Below the pieces are notes generated by a model. It had not been told where the DNA came from, searched no databases, and saw only the letters and a list, made by a program, of their open reading frames with translations. Below are positions 1 through 10,310 of a DNA stretch of 64,000 nucleotides, in pieces. How positions within the stretch are numbered: position 1 is the stretch's first letter; every line of letters begins with the position of its first letter. The translations under genes were made by a program, and so were the position numbers. This stretch comes from Candidatus Cloacimonadales bacterium (lineage in GTDB: Bacteria; Cloacimonadota; Cloacimonadia; Cloacimonadales; JAFGVF01), in NCBI GenBank assembly GCA_963662585.1, contig OY759729.1, positions 2,304,001 through 2,368,000 of the forward strand, read 5' to 3'.

Positions 1-445
1 AGATAAGCTCTGTATTTCTGAAAGTTGTAGGCTTTTGTCCAAATTCTTGGACCATTAGATTAGTATGTTTCTCAACTTGGGCTAAGAATTCATCCTTGTT
101 ATAGAGGAAGGATAGTGAGTGATAATAGGTCTCTCCGAGGAATTCAACACAACCAGTATCAGCTAGTTCTTTAAAAGAATCTAGGACTTCTGGATAATAC
201 TGTTTGAATTGGTCAATAGTTATACCTGATATAGAATAAGCTATCTTGAATTTACCTTCATATTTCTTAATAAGTTTCAACATTAATTTATTAGTAGGCA
301 GGTAGCATTTATCGGCTACTTTTCTCATAACTTCGCGGTTAAGTCTTTCGTCAAAATAAGATTCATCAGAGCCAATATCCATTACATTAAGATGTCTCAA
401 TCTGTATGGTTGATGAACTTGAAAATAGAAAACAACATTAAGCAT
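1..445 (-). CDS. Glycoside hydrolase family 57 (alpha-amylase-like), N-terminal part; runs off the window start
   Basis: Not in the ORF track. Minus-strand read from ATG at 445 gives MLNVVFYFQVHQPYRLRH..., the GH57 N-terminal HQP motif. The start overlaps the stop of the upstream GT4 gene. Confidence 0.85.
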   Translation of the reverse strand, partial: MLNVVFYFQVHQPYRLRHLNVMDIGSDESYFDERLNREVMRKVADKCYLPTNKLMLKLIKKYEGKFKIAYSISGITIDQFKQYYPEVLDSFKELADTGCVEFLGETYYHSLSFLYNKDEFLAQVEKHTNLMVQEFGQKPTTFRNTELI

Positions 446-1787
446 CTATTTCTCCTCGGTTAGATTCTAACATCTCTTGGTAAATATCTTTAACTTTTTC
501 AGCAGATTTATCCCACTGGATTGCTTTAACTTCCCTTGCTCCTAATTCACCTACTCTTTTGCATTCGTCTGGATGCTCTATAAGGTAGATAAGTGTTTCT
601 GCCATCTCATCAACATTCCAGAAGTCAATTTTATAAGCATGATCAACAACTTCAGAAACACCAGATTGCTTTGAGATAATGGAAGTAATTCCGTAAGCCA
701 TTGCTTCAAGTGGTGCTATTCCAAATGGTTCTGACACCGAAGGAAGCATGTAAATATCTGATACTTTTAATACTCTCTCTACTTGCTTTCTGTTTAGGAA
801 ACCAGTAAATAAGAAGCGATTCTTTAATTTCATAGAGGCTGAAGAGCGTAATATCTTTCTTGCCATATCTCCGGTACCAGCCATAATAAAGCGTACTTGA
901 GGGTATTTCTTAAGCACTTTCTCTGCTACAGAGAGGAAATAGTCAGGACCTTTTTGAACTGTGATTCTTCCTAAGAATAGCACGGTAGTACCTTTAAACA
1001 TTCTCCCCTTCTCGAAAGTATTATCTTTTTCAAATGAAAAGGCATTATGGACAATATTAACTTTACCTGTATCGATTTGATATCGAGAAATAATCATCTG
1101 TGCAGTATATCTAGAAACTGCAATTACTTGATCAGCGTAAAGCATTCCAGAGTATTCAATTTTGTGAATTCTATCATCACCAGGTCCACCTGCTCTATCA
1201 AACTCAGTAGCATGAATATGAGCTATCATTGGTTTTCCAGTCATCTTTTTAACAACCATACCTGCAGGATAGCAGAGCCAATCATTAGCGTGGATAAGGT
1301 CAAAATCTATTAATTCTGAGAGCTTTTCTGCACGGAATGCCATCTCTTGAACTTTTTTAAAGATATCTTCATCACCTTGGAGATTAATGATAATATTATC
1401 AAAAATACTCTTTTCAGAACGATGTTCAAACTCTTCGGTACGGAAAGTAGATATCATTTTAGAGAACTCTTTCACCAAGGCAGGAGTATAGTATGTTTCT
1501 GGAACATGAGTAACTCCTAAATACTCCATTTTCTCTTCGATAGTCTTAAACTCTCTAGTAATAACTTCTTCTTTGCGAGGTTGAAAATTCTCATCTAATA
1601 AGATGAAAGGAAGGGTATCCGCATCTTCTTCTTTCCTTAAAGGGAAATATACAAACTCTTTAGTTGGGAGGAAGAGGTCAACTTCTACACCAGCTTTTAG
1701 TAGTGATTTTACTAAGCCATAAGAAGCCATTGCTAAACCACCGGCGATCATTGGTGGGAATTCCCATGTTAACATTAGGATTCTCAT
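438..1787 (-). CDS. Glycosyltransferase family 4 (glycogen synthase-like)
   Basis: MRILMLTWEFPP..GGL N-terminus, HATEFDR, PSVSEPFGIAPLEAM. Start set at the ATG at 1787; the track's extension to 1946 overlaps the upstream gene. Confidence 0.9.
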   Translation of the reverse strand: MRILMLTWEFPPMIAGGLAMASYGLVKSLLKAGVEVDLFLPTKEFVYFPLRKEEDADTLPFILLDENFQPRKEEVITREFKTIEEKMEYLGVTHVPETYYTPALVKEFSKMISTFRTEEFEHRSEKSIFDNIIINLQGDEDIFKKVQEMAFRAEKLSELIDFDLIHANDWLCYPAGMVVKKMTGKPMIAHIHATEFDRAGGPGDDRIHKIEYSGMLYADQVIAVSRYTAQMIISRYQIDTGKVNIVHNAFSFEKDNTFEKGRMFKGTTVLFLGRITVQKGPDYFLSVAEKVLKKYPQVRFIMAGTGDMARKILRSSASMKLKNRFLFTGFLNRKQVERVLKVSDIYMLPSVSEPFGIAPLEAMAYGITSIISKQSGVSEVVDHAYKIDFWNVDEMAETLIYLIEHPDECKRVGELGAREVKAIQWDKSAEKVKDIYQEMLESNRGEIDA

Positions 1788-1791
1788 AATA

Positions 1792-3831
1792 CTATTCCTT
1801 AGTCCTTTTAAGTTTTTCGATGATTTTCTCAATATCATAGACTGCTGCAACACTCCAAGCTTCTGCTGGGGCTCCTTTAGGGAAGTGGGGTTTTCCACCA
1901 TCCCAGATTGAAGCAATAGAAGCGATATAGCCGTGTTTGTATTCATGTCTAAATTGTTTAATTATGGATTCTAAGCCACTGATAACTTCTTCATTACTAA
2001 TCTTATCTTTAAATAATCTAAGGTAAAGAGAAGCGTAAGGCCAGAGTAACCAAGCCCAAACAGTACCTTGATGATAGGCTTTATCTCTATCTACAATAGT
2101 GCCGTAATAGGTTCTTTTAAATTTATGGTGAGTAGGAGTAAGGGTTCTTAATCCATAGGCAGTTAGTAATTCATTAGTAGCTCTTTCAAACACTAGTTTT
2201 AGTTGTTCTTCAGTTAAAGGAGCGTACTTCAATCCAGCAGCAATTACAGCATTAGGACGGAATTCATCAATTGCTTCATTATTGGTAATTCTATCACAAA
2301 GGCAGTTGTTATACCAGAATTTCTGAAGAGAATTAGCTAATTTCTCAGTGTAAGCTATCACATCATACTTAGCTTGGTATTCCTCTTTATTGGTAGAGAT
2401 TAGGTTGAATTTATTAATCATCTCTTGGTAGGTTTTATGTGCTTCATACCAGAGGAAGTTTATTTCAACAGGAGCTCCGTCGCGTGGGGTTACCGCCTTT
2501 CCGTCAATCTTAACATCCATCCAAGTAACACCAGCATATTCTTCTTTGATATTTATCAAATTATCATCATCAAGGAAGAACATTCTTCTTTCATCATTTA
2601 AATAACTGAGCAAAATAGTTTCGGTAATATTAATGACTTTTTCCCATACTGATTTTGTGTTTCTGATAGAAGCTAATTTTCTCAGAAGAATGATATAATA
2701 AAGACTTGTATCAACAGAATCGAAATTACCTTTACTTCCTGTTTCAGGGAACATATTAGGGATTAATCCCTCTTGAATATGATCATTAAATCTGAAGATT
2801 ATCTTTTCTGCTTTATCAATCATATCTGCTTGTTTAATCATGGCACTTAGGACTAAAACAGAGTCTCTACCCCAAGCTCCGAACCATGGATAACCAGCAA
2901 TAATATCATTATCAGTGATAAAATCTTTTAAACTAAACTCTAATATTTTCATATACTCTTCATGAGAATAGAGGTATTGGTCATTGAAATCTAAATCTAA
3001 AAGGTCAAAATTACGGTAGTTATCAGGAAAATCTCGAGGCATTGGTAAATCTGCATAACGAGCATTGATTCTATCGATAGTCAGTTGATGCTCTTCAATT
3101 GGGGAGTCTGAGAATAGAATAATAGCTTCTTGGTTCTTCTCTAAGTCAAATCTTATATTAAAAGGTGATACTAAATCTTCATTGCAGTCATAGCCTAACA
3201 TTGATTCCCAAGGGTAGAAAACTTTCTTATATTCCATATATTTATCACTTATTTCACCTAAGGTTGAAATGCAATAGAGGGATAGATTATTAGAAAGTCT
3301 TTGAACTACAGCACCGTAAAAATTATTACCTGGGGCAGCAGAAGTTATAAAATCATTTTCATTAAGAGAACCAGGTTTGTTAAGAAAGTGATGACTGACC
3401 ATATCTACTTTTGGTCTTAGCTTCATATGAATTAAATGCTTGCTTAAGTTTTTATAGCTAACTAAGATAGTATTTGTTTCATAATCCATTTTAATCTCTT
3501 TTCTGATTAAAATATCATTATTATGAGGGAGGGATGAATAGAGGAAAACCGGATAAGGTCTTAGCCATGATTTGACTAAGTGCAGGAATCCTTCTGGATA
3601 GATACAATTTTCATAGTTGCAACTATCTAAGTAGATTTTCTCTCCTCTCCATTCAATTCTCTCTTCAATAGAAGTCAATAAAGATGCTCTATTAAGCTTC
3701 TTATCCGAAGCAGTTAATAGGCCATGATACTTTCTTTGGTTTATCAAATTACCTGTTCCTAAGGCATAGCTTCCATACTTATTCGTCAATATCCACTCAT
3801 GGTGTTGAGTTTCAAGAAAATAATCAGACAT
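1792..3831 (-). CDS. Amylo-alpha-1,6-glucosidase / glycogen debranching enzyme family
   Basis: EWILTNKYGSYA, RKYHGLL, IAGYPWFGAWGRD, TWMD..TPRDGAPVEIN, AYHQGTVWAWL motifs. Start at MSDYF after an AAGGAG RBS. Confidence 0.9.
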   Translation of the reverse strand: MSDYFLETQHHEWILTNKYGSYALGTGNLINQRKYHGLLTASDKKLNRASLLTSIEERIEWRGEKIYLDSCNYENCIYPEGFLHLVKSWLRPYPVFLYSSLPHNNDILIRKEIKMDYETNTILVSYKNLSKHLIHMKLRPKVDMVSHHFLNKPGSLNENDFITSAAPGNNFYGAVVQRLSNNLSLYCISTLGEISDKYMEYKKVFYPWESMLGYDCNEDLVSPFNIRFDLEKNQEAIILFSDSPIEEHQLTIDRINARYADLPMPRDFPDNYRNFDLLDLDFNDQYLYSHEEYMKILEFSLKDFITDNDIIAGYPWFGAWGRDSVLVLSAMIKQADMIDKAEKIIFRFNDHIQEGLIPNMFPETGSKGNFDSVDTSLYYIILLRKLASIRNTKSVWEKVINITETILLSYLNDERRMFFLDDDNLINIKEEYAGVTWMDVKIDGKAVTPRDGAPVEINFLWYEAHKTYQEMINKFNLISTNKEEYQAKYDVIAYTEKLANSLQKFWYNNCLCDRITNNEAIDEFRPNAVIAAGLKYAPLTEEQLKLVFERATNELLTAYGLRTLTPTHHKFKRTYYGTIVDRDKAYHQGTVWAWLLWPYASLYLRLFKDKISNEEVISGLESIIKQFRHEYKHGYIASIASIWDGGKPHFPKGAPAEAWSVAAVYDIEKIIEKLKRTKE

Positions 3832-4041
3832 TTTTTTCTCCTTTCTCAAAATGCTTTATTATTAGTATTGATATTTGATTAATTTAGTCAAGTAATTTAA
3901 GAAAAATTAATAAAATAACATAAATGAAAAAATTTCAGCAATAAAAGCTAATCTTTTAAATTTTTGAATAATACTAAATTAACTGTTCTTGCTGGCTAAA
4001 TTATAAGATAAGAGTAGGACTCAATAATTAAAAGTAAGGAG

Positions 4042-4216
4042 ATTTAACCCAATAATGCAGTAGATCTTTTAGAATAGCACTATATTAATTTTCTAAAGCA
4101 TTTTACATAATTTCTCAGAGTATATATATTATAGGCTGATAAATTCTGTAAAATGCTTTATCTAAAAGAATCTGCACTTTTCTGTAAAGCTCTACTGCAC
4201 CATTCAGGTTTAATTC
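4042..4216. repeat. Long imperfect palindrome (~80-bp arms) between divergent genes
   Basis: tgcagtagatctttt..taaagcattttacataatttctcag (to 4118) pairs with ctgataaattctgtaaaatgcttta..aaagctctactgca (from 4136). Confidence 0.75.
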
Positions 4217-4306
4217 ACATTAATACTATCAAATTTGCAATAATTATTCAAAAAACTTGCCAAGATTAAAAAGAAGTAAATAATTGGTAAAAATTAAATA
4301 AGAGAG

Positions 4307-5953
4307 ATGATTATGTTAAAAATTAATTTTGTTAATTACTTTGAAGAGGCAATTAAGAAGCATTGGGACTTGCCTGCTTTTTCTGATATAGAAGGAGAAG
4401 CAATAGACTATCAGACTGTAGCTAATAAAATTTATTGGTTACATAATATTTTAAAGAGTTTTGGGATTTCCCGGGGTGATAAGGTAGCTGTATTAGGAAA
4501 AAATTCCACAAATTGGGCTATAACTTATCTCTCTGTAGTTACTTATGGAGCTGTGATTGTTCCGATTCTTCCAAACTTCAATTCAGATGATATGAATCAT
4601 ATTATTAAACATTCAGAGAGTAAGCTCCTTTTTGTTGGGAATTCTATTATTGATAATATTGAAGAATCAGAAATTCCTAATTTAATAGGCATTATTCACT
4701 TAGATGATTTTAAACTTATGAATTCAAAGACTGGTGATGATAGTATTGAGAAAATTAAGTCTGCTATGGGAAAAGAATATAAGATCTCTCGAGAAGAATT
4801 CTCACTTCCTAATGATATTTCTAATGATACTTTGGGCGAGATTATCTATACATCAGGAACGACAGGTTTCACAAAAGGGGTGATGCTACCTTTGAATAGT
4901 TTAATTGCTAATATCATCGTAGCTGGAGAAATGCTCTCTTTTAGAACTGGGTCAAGGATGCTTTCATTTTTACCTCTTTCACATGCTTATGCTTGTGCTT
5001 TTGATTTCCTTTATCCCTTCACTTGTGGTGTTCATGTTCATTTCTTAGGTAAAATACCTTCTCCTAAGTTACTTCTGAAATATCTAAAAGATGTATCTCC
5101 TGAAATGATAATGAGCGTCCCTTTGATTTTAGAGAAGATAATTAAGAAGAATATATTCCCTCTTTTAGAGAAGAAGACTATAAAAATCATAACAGCTATT
5201 CCTGGTGTAAAACAAGCTTTTTATAGCAAAGTTAGAAAGCAACTTCTGACTGTATTCGGTGGCTCACTTCGAGAGATGGTTATAGGTGGAGCTCCTCTTA
5301 ATGCAGAAGTAGAGAAGTTTCTTAAGGAGATTAAATTTCCTTTTACTATCGGTTATGGTATGAGTGAGTGTGGTCCCTTAATCTCTTATGCAACTTGGGA
5401 TAAACATCGGTTTAGATCTGCTGGCCAAGCAGTTAATTATCTCCAAGTGAAGATTGATTCTGCTGATCGGGAAAATATCCCTGGCGATATCTTAGTCCGA
5501 GGTGAACAGTTAATGTATGGATACTACAAAAACAATGAAGCAAGCAAAGAAGTTATGACTTCTGATGGTTGGCTTAATACTGGGGATATCGGACTTATAG
5601 ATAAAGACAATTTTATCTATATTAAAGGGCGTTCTAAAAACTTAATTCTCGGAGCTGGTGGAGAAAATATTTATCCGGAAGCAGTGGAACAAAGCTTTAA
5701 CAATTTGCCTTATGTTCAAGAATCACTAGTAATGGAAAGAGATAACAAACTTGTTATTTTAGTTTATCCTGATGTAGAAGAAGCAGATAAAAATGGAATT
5801 ACCGAATCAATGTATCCAAAACTTATGGAGCATAATAAAAATATCTATAACGAAACTGCTCCAGCTTATGCAAAAATACATAAAGTTAATATTGTGCCTG
5901 AACCATTCTTAAAGACTCCAACTCAGAAGATTAAGAGATATTTGTATAAGTAG
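4307..5953 (+). CDS. Long-chain fatty acid--CoA ligase (AMP-binding protein)
   Basis: YTSGTTGFTKG, GYGMSE, WLNTGDIG, IKGRSKN, PTQKIKR motifs. Confidence 0.92.
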   Translation: MIMLKINFVNYFEEAIKKHWDLPAFSDIEGEAIDYQTVANKIYWLHNILKSFGISRGDKVAVLGKNSTNWAITYLSVVTYGAVIVPILPNFNSDDMNHIIKHSESKLLFVGNSIIDNIEESEIPNLIGIIHLDDFKLMNSKTGDDSIEKIKSAMGKEYKISREEFSLPNDISNDTLGEIIYTSGTTGFTKGVMLPLNSLIANIIVAGEMLSFRTGSRMLSFLPLSHAYACAFDFLYPFTCGVHVHFLGKIPSPKLLLKYLKDVSPEMIMSVPLILEKIIKKNIFPLLEKKTIKIITAIPGVKQAFYSKVRKQLLTVFGGSLREMVIGGAPLNAEVEKFLKEIKFPFTIGYGMSECGPLISYATWDKHRFRSAGQAVNYLQVKIDSADRENIPGDILVRGEQLMYGYYKNNEASKEVMTSDGWLNTGDIGLIDKDNFIYIKGRSKNLILGAGGENIYPEAVEQSFNNLPYVQESLVMERDNKLVILVYPDVEEADKNGITESMYPKLMEHNKNIYNETAPAYAKIHKVNIVPEPFLKTPTQKIKRYLYK

Positions 5954-5956
5954 GGG

Positions 5957-6012
5957 GAATTGAGAATTGAGAATGGAGAATGGAGAATTGAGAATAGAGA
6001 ATTGAGAATGGA
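5957..6012 (+). repeat. Heptamer tandem repeat (GAATTGA/GAATGGA/GAATAGA) x8
   Basis: Read directly after the ligase stop codon; an inverted partial copy (ctccattctcaatt) lies at ~6249-6262. Confidence 0.9.
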
Positions 6013-6162
6013 GACATTTTCTATCCACTAATTTCACGAATTAAGAAAATATCCCTTGGTTATATTTTCCTGCGTGATTTAAGAAAGATTGAAACACCCC
6101 CTGTGTCCCCCTCGCGGAGGGGGATTTAAGAGATCTGGTCACATTCATAGAATTTTTCTCAA

Positions 6163-6210
6163 AAAACTCTGTGAAACTCCTCTTAAAACTCATCTTTACT
6201 CCGTGTTAAG
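6163..6210 (+). repeat. 48-bp dispersed repeat, copy 1
   Basis: aaaactctgtgaaactcctcttaaaactcatctttactccgtgttaag recurs with 2 mismatches at 50802-50849. Confidence 0.85.
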
Positions 6211-6270
6211 TGCTTTTTCTTAATTCGTGTGAAAGGTATTTTGTTTCCCTCCATTCTCAATTTTTCCTCT

Positions 6271-6900
6271 TCAGTCTAAATCTATTATTTTTCCAACCAC
6301 TCTTACTGGCGATGCTTCTGCCTTAATCTTGAGGGGGAGGGCAATTATTTCAATTTCAGAATAGGGGAGAAGCTTCTCTAAATTACAGAGATTCTCTATA
6401 ATAAAGATGTTATTACTTAAAAGTGTTTTGTGAATTGAGTATGGTTGAAAATCAGGAGATGGAGTATCTAATCCAACAAGTTTAACTTGTCGCTGAACTA
6501 AGAAATCTGCTAATTCTTGACTAATAATAGGATGCTCATAGTAGTACTTAGGCTCTTCATAATATTCACTAAATCCAGTATAGAAGAGGATTATGTCGTC
6601 TTTGGTAATAAGTTTATCATAGGAATCATTGTAGTTTATTTGCGACACTTGACTCACATCAAATACTTTTGCTTTTCCTATAAATCTCTCTATAGGGTAG
6701 TCAGACATAAACTTATTATTATTGAAGAAATGCCTAGGAATATCAATATGAGTCCCTGTATGCATACCACTATTGAAACTATAAGCATTATAACCATCGC
6801 TTTCTACAGTTGCTAGCTGTTTGATAGTTGTAGCTTGATCTCCAGGATATACAGGCATCTCATTTTCTATAATTCTACTTAAATCAATAATTTTACTCAT
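6271..6900 (-). CDS. Cyclase family metal-dependent hydrolase (kynurenine formamidase-like)
   Basis: IIDLS..MPVYPGD, HTGTHID, GLDTPSPD, IIENL..L, EASPVR. Start chosen at MSKIIDL. Confidence 0.9.
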   Translation of the reverse strand: MSKIIDLSRIIENEMPVYPGDQATTIKQLATVESDGYNAYSFNSGMHTGTHIDIPRHFFNNNKFMSDYPIERFIGKAKVFDVSQVSQINYNDSYDKLITKDDIILFYTGFSEYYEEPKYYYEHPIISQELADFLVQRQVKLVGLDTPSPDFQPYSIHKTLLSNNIFIIENLCNLEKLLPYSEIEIIALPLKIKAEASPVRVVGKIIDLD

Positions 6901-7105
6901 AATTTTCTCTTTATAATTTGCTAATTTTATTCTAGCATTTTCAGAAATAAATGTCAAGTAAAGAATAAATGTTTATGGAACTCTTTCAAGTAAAGTTGGT
7001 CTTATGAAAAAAAAGTAATAAATGTATTTTTGAAGTATGCTAGGTTCATAACAGATACAGGACTATAAAAATGCACCATTCTAACAGCAGCCTCTGCAGC
7101 TATGA

Positions 7106-7164
7106 AGATTTTGAAGCTTCTTGATTTACTATTAGATTTAGTTCCCACTTTACTTGAGAGAGAA
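7106..7164 (+). repeat. 59-bp intergenic dispersed repeat, copy 1
   Basis: Matches 12356-12414 with 2 mismatches. Confidence 0.85.
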
Positions 7165-7186
7165 GCATATTTATTATTCTTGTAAT

Positions 7187-7213
7187 AAAAAAAGCCGGTT
7201 TTCACCGGCCTTT
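7187..7213 (-). terminator. Intrinsic terminator of 7232-7927
   Basis: gccggt-tttc-accggc stem preceded by an A-run (U-tract on the minus strand). Confidence 0.75.
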
Positions 7214-7231
7214 AAAACTTTCTTAGTCTAA

Positions 7232-7927
7232 TTAAAATGCCCAACCAAATTTTAGGAATTCAATATTGAAAATTTGCTTGTCAGCTGGGATAAATAGGTC
7301 ATTATTACCAAATTCAAAATCTGATAAATTATTACCAAGTAGGTATCTACCAAAGCTTAAACTTGTTCCCCAGTAAAGTCCATTGTAAGAGAAAATTCTG
7401 TATCCTAACCCTACTCCTACTCCTATATCGCTTATACTTTTTTGCTTGTAATAATCATCATCTTGCCAATTTTCGGGGTATATTTCTTCATAGCCATTAA
7501 ATTTAGCAAAACGAGTAAAAGCACTTAGATAAAAACCATTTTGGGTGTTTCTTAAGAAATATCTATAATGGCAATCTAGTGTGAAAATCTCAGTATCATA
7601 CTTATTATCAGGATTGAAGTAATAAACAGGGAAAGCAATCTCAGCTTTACGATTAACATCAAACAAAGAGAAAGTACCACTAAATGAAGAATTCTCAGTT
7701 AATAATAATCTGAAAACATTAACTTCAATACCGTACTTTTTATCTTCTAAAGGACTGTTTTTAGTCTCTTTATACATAATCTGTTGGGTGTCATAAATTT
7801 TATCAATTTTTTTATCCACTTCTTCTAAAGAAACTCCATCTTTTCTTTCAGTAGCTACTTCTTCCCCTATTAGCATAGTTGTTAAACCCAATAACACTAT
7901 TAAACTTATTAACATTAGCTTTTTCAT
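7232..7927 (-). CDS. Hypothetical exported protein, probable outer-membrane beta-barrel
   Basis: Signal peptide, amphipathic aromatic strands, C-terminal F (KFGWAF). Confidence 0.6.
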   Translation of the reverse strand: MKKLMLISLIVLLGLTTMLIGEEVATERKDGVSLEEVDKKIDKIYDTQQIMYKETKNSPLEDKKYGIEVNVFRLLLTENSSFSGTFSLFDVNRKAEIAFPVYYFNPDNKYDTEIFTLDCHYRYFLRNTQNGFYLSAFTRFAKFNGYEEIYPENWQDDDYYKQKSISDIGVGVGLGYRIFSYNGLYWGTSLSFGRYLLGNNLSDFEFGNNDLFIPADKQIFNIEFLKFGWAF

Positions 7928-8166
7928 ATCCTCTCCTTAGTTAATTATAATTTGAAATTAACTAATAGACATCCATTTGTCAAGTAAATTATTAAAATAT
8001 CGGTATTTTATAGGGTGGATTACATATTTACTTAGTTGGATTGCATAAGGATTTGATTTAAGAACTAGTATTGAAAATATATCATAAATTTTGCTTTCCA
8101 AACAAATTTTTATCATGAGTTAAGCAGTGTTAATAAATGAGTAAATTTTAGCTCTTTTTAAGTTTT

Positions 8167-8207
8167 TTAGCAATAAAAAACATCTTCTGCTAATTTTTTA
8201 TTTGACA
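8167..8207 (+). promoter_or_regulatory. Degenerate CIRCE-like operator next to a TTGACA -35 box
   Basis: TTAGCA-N15-TGCTAA at 8167-8193 (CIRCE spacing, inner bases diverged) and TTGACA at 8202-8207, upstream of htpG. Confidence 0.55.
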
Positions 8208-8270
8208 GATAATCCCATTTAATTATTTTTTGTACATAAGTAGATTAAATAAGAAAAGGAGATTTATAAA

Positions 8271-10250
8271 ATGGCTAAAAAGATAGATAAAGGAAACTTA
8301 TCCATCCATACAGAAAATATATTCCCGATAATTAAGAAGTGGCTCTATTCTGAGCATGATATTTTCTTTAGAGAGTTAATATCAAATGCAATAGATGCTA
8401 TGAACAAGCGAGTTATAGAAGAATCTGGCATTGATACAAAAGATTTTGCTGTAGAAGTTAAGATAGATAAAAAGAAAAAGACAATTACTTTCAGTGATAC
8501 CGGTATTGGTATGACAGCAGAAGAGATTGGAAAATATATTAATCAAATTGCTTTCTCAGGAGCAGAAGATTTTGTTGAAAAATACAAAGATGTTCAATCT
8601 AATATTATTGGTCATTTCGGTTTAGGTTTTTATTCTTCCTTCATTGTTGCAGAAAAGGTAACTATTGATACTTTATCATACAAAGAAGGTTCAACTGCAG
8701 CTGGCTGGTCATGTGAAGGTTCAACTGAGTATGAAGTATATGATGGCAAGAGAAAAGAAGTTGGAACAACAATCACTATTCATGTTAATGATGAATCAGA
8801 AGAGTTTTTAGAAGAAGATAAAGTACAGGGTATTTTAGAGAAATACTGTAGCTTCATGTCATTCCCAGTTAAATTTAATGATAAAGTAATTAATGAAAAG
8901 CCTGCTTTATGGAACAAGAAACCTAATGAAGCTACCGATGAAGAATATAAAGAATTCTATAAAACAGCTTTCAAACAATATGATGAACCACTTTTCTGGA
9001 TTCACCTTAATGTTGATTATCCTTTCAATTTAAAGGGTATTCTCTACTTCCCTAAATTTAAAAATCAGTTAGATGTTAATAAAGGACAGGTTAAATTATT
9101 CTGTAATAATGTCTTTGTTGCTGATAATTTAAAAGACCTTATTCCTGAATTCTTGCTACTTCTTAAAGGTGGAATTGATATTCCAGATATTCCTCTTAAT
9201 GTTTCTAGAAGTTTCTTACAAAGCGATTCCGAAGTTAAGAAAATCTCTAATTATATTGTTAAGAAAGTTGCAGACCACTTCAAGAGTGCTTTCAAGGAAG
9301 ATAGAGAAAAATATGCTTCATACTGGAAAGATATTTCTGAATTTATCAAATACGGACTTCTCACTAATGAAGACTTCTTCAAAGCTTTAGAAAAACAGAT
9401 AGTTTATAAAACTACAGATGGAAAATGGCTTACTATTGAAGAGTATCTCGAAGCTAATAAAAGTGAAGATAAACCTCAAAAGATCTATTATGCTCCAAGT
9501 GAAAATACCCAAGTATCTTACATAGAAATGCTTAAGCAACAAAATATAGATGTTATTTATGCTGAATCAATGCTTGATTCTCATCTCTTCCAAAAGTTAG
9601 AAATGGCTAATAGTGATATCAGATTTGTCAGAGTTGATTCTGAAATCAATGATGATTTAGTTGAAGAAGATACAGACTCTAAGCTTTCATTACAGATTAA
9701 AGAGATCTTTGATAGAGAAATTAATGGTACAGTAGAAGCATCTTTCGGTAAAGATAGCTATAAAGATTTCTTAAAAGAGAATCCTAATGCTGTTGAATTA
9801 CTTACTCCTTACCTCACAACTGAAGATGAAAGTACAAAGATAAATGTCTATGATCTTCCTTTAGAAATCAGAGAAAAACTTGGTGATAAAGCAATGAAAA
9901 CAATCTTTGAACATGTTTATACCGAAGTTCAGGTAGAAACCAAAAAGCTCAAAGCTGAATCAATCCCTGCTATGATAGTTTTTGATGAATTCATGCGTCG
10001 TTTCCAAGAAATGAATGCTATGATGGCTCGTGAAGATATGGATATGCTTAAAAATCATAAGTTAATTCTTAATACTCAAAATCCTACTATCAAGAAAATT
10101 GTAGAGATGAAAGAGAAAGGTGAAGATGAAAAAGCTAAGACAATGGTGAACTTCGTTCATGAGTTGGCTCTTTTAGAACAGAAACCATTCTCAGGCGAAG
10201 AGTTAAAGAAATTCATCGCTGATGCTAACAAGGTAATACAGTTAGTTTAA
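8271..10250 (+). CDS. htpG: Molecular chaperone HtpG (Hsp90)
   Basis: IFPIIKKWLYSEHDIFFRELISNAIDA, IGHFGLGFYS, DIPLNVSRS. Confidence 0.96.
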   Translation: MAKKIDKGNLSIHTENIFPIIKKWLYSEHDIFFRELISNAIDAMNKRVIEESGIDTKDFAVEVKIDKKKKTITFSDTGIGMTAEEIGKYINQIAFSGAEDFVEKYKDVQSNIIGHFGLGFYSSFIVAEKVTIDTLSYKEGSTAAGWSCEGSTEYEVYDGKRKEVGTTITIHVNDESEEFLEEDKVQGILEKYCSFMSFPVKFNDKVINEKPALWNKKPNEATDEEYKEFYKTAFKQYDEPLFWIHLNVDYPFNLKGILYFPKFKNQLDVNKGQVKLFCNNVFVADNLKDLIPEFLLLLKGGIDIPDIPLNVSRSFLQSDSEVKKISNYIVKKVADHFKSAFKEDREKYASYWKDISEFIKYGLLTNEDFFKALEKQIVYKTTDGKWLTIEEYLEANKSEDKPQKIYYAPSENTQVSYIEMLKQQNIDVIYAESMLDSHLFQKLEMANSDIRFVRVDSEINDDLVEEDTDSKLSLQIKEIFDREINGTVEASFGKDSYKDFLKENPNAVELLTPYLTTEDESTKINVYDLPLEIREKLGDKAMKTIFEHVYTEVQVETKKLKAESIPAMIVFDEFMRRFQEMNAMMAREDMDMLKNHKLILNTQNPTIKKIVEMKEKGEDEKAKTMVNFVHELALLEQKPFSGEELKKFIADANKVIQLV

Positions 10251-10276
10251 TCATAAAGAAAAGATAGAATAATATG

Positions 10277-10310
10277 AGGGTAATCCATTGTGATTGCCCT
10301 TTTCTTTATT
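10277..10310 (+). terminator. Intrinsic terminator after htpG
   Basis: agggtaatc-cattgt-gattgccct followed by tttcttt. Confidence 0.7.

Noticed and set aside
1788..1946. N-terminal extension of the GT4 ORF in the track
   Set aside because: It overlaps the upstream gene; the family N-terminus begins at MRILML (1787).
5957..6012. Heptamer array as a phase-variation tract
   Set aside because: It lies downstream of a stop codon between convergent genes, not in a CDS or promoter.
7002..7205. 67-aa ORF, and the similar stretch in 12123-12398
   Set aside because: The shared peptide GTKSNSKSR comes from the non-coding 59-bp repeat; the ORF starts in a terminator.
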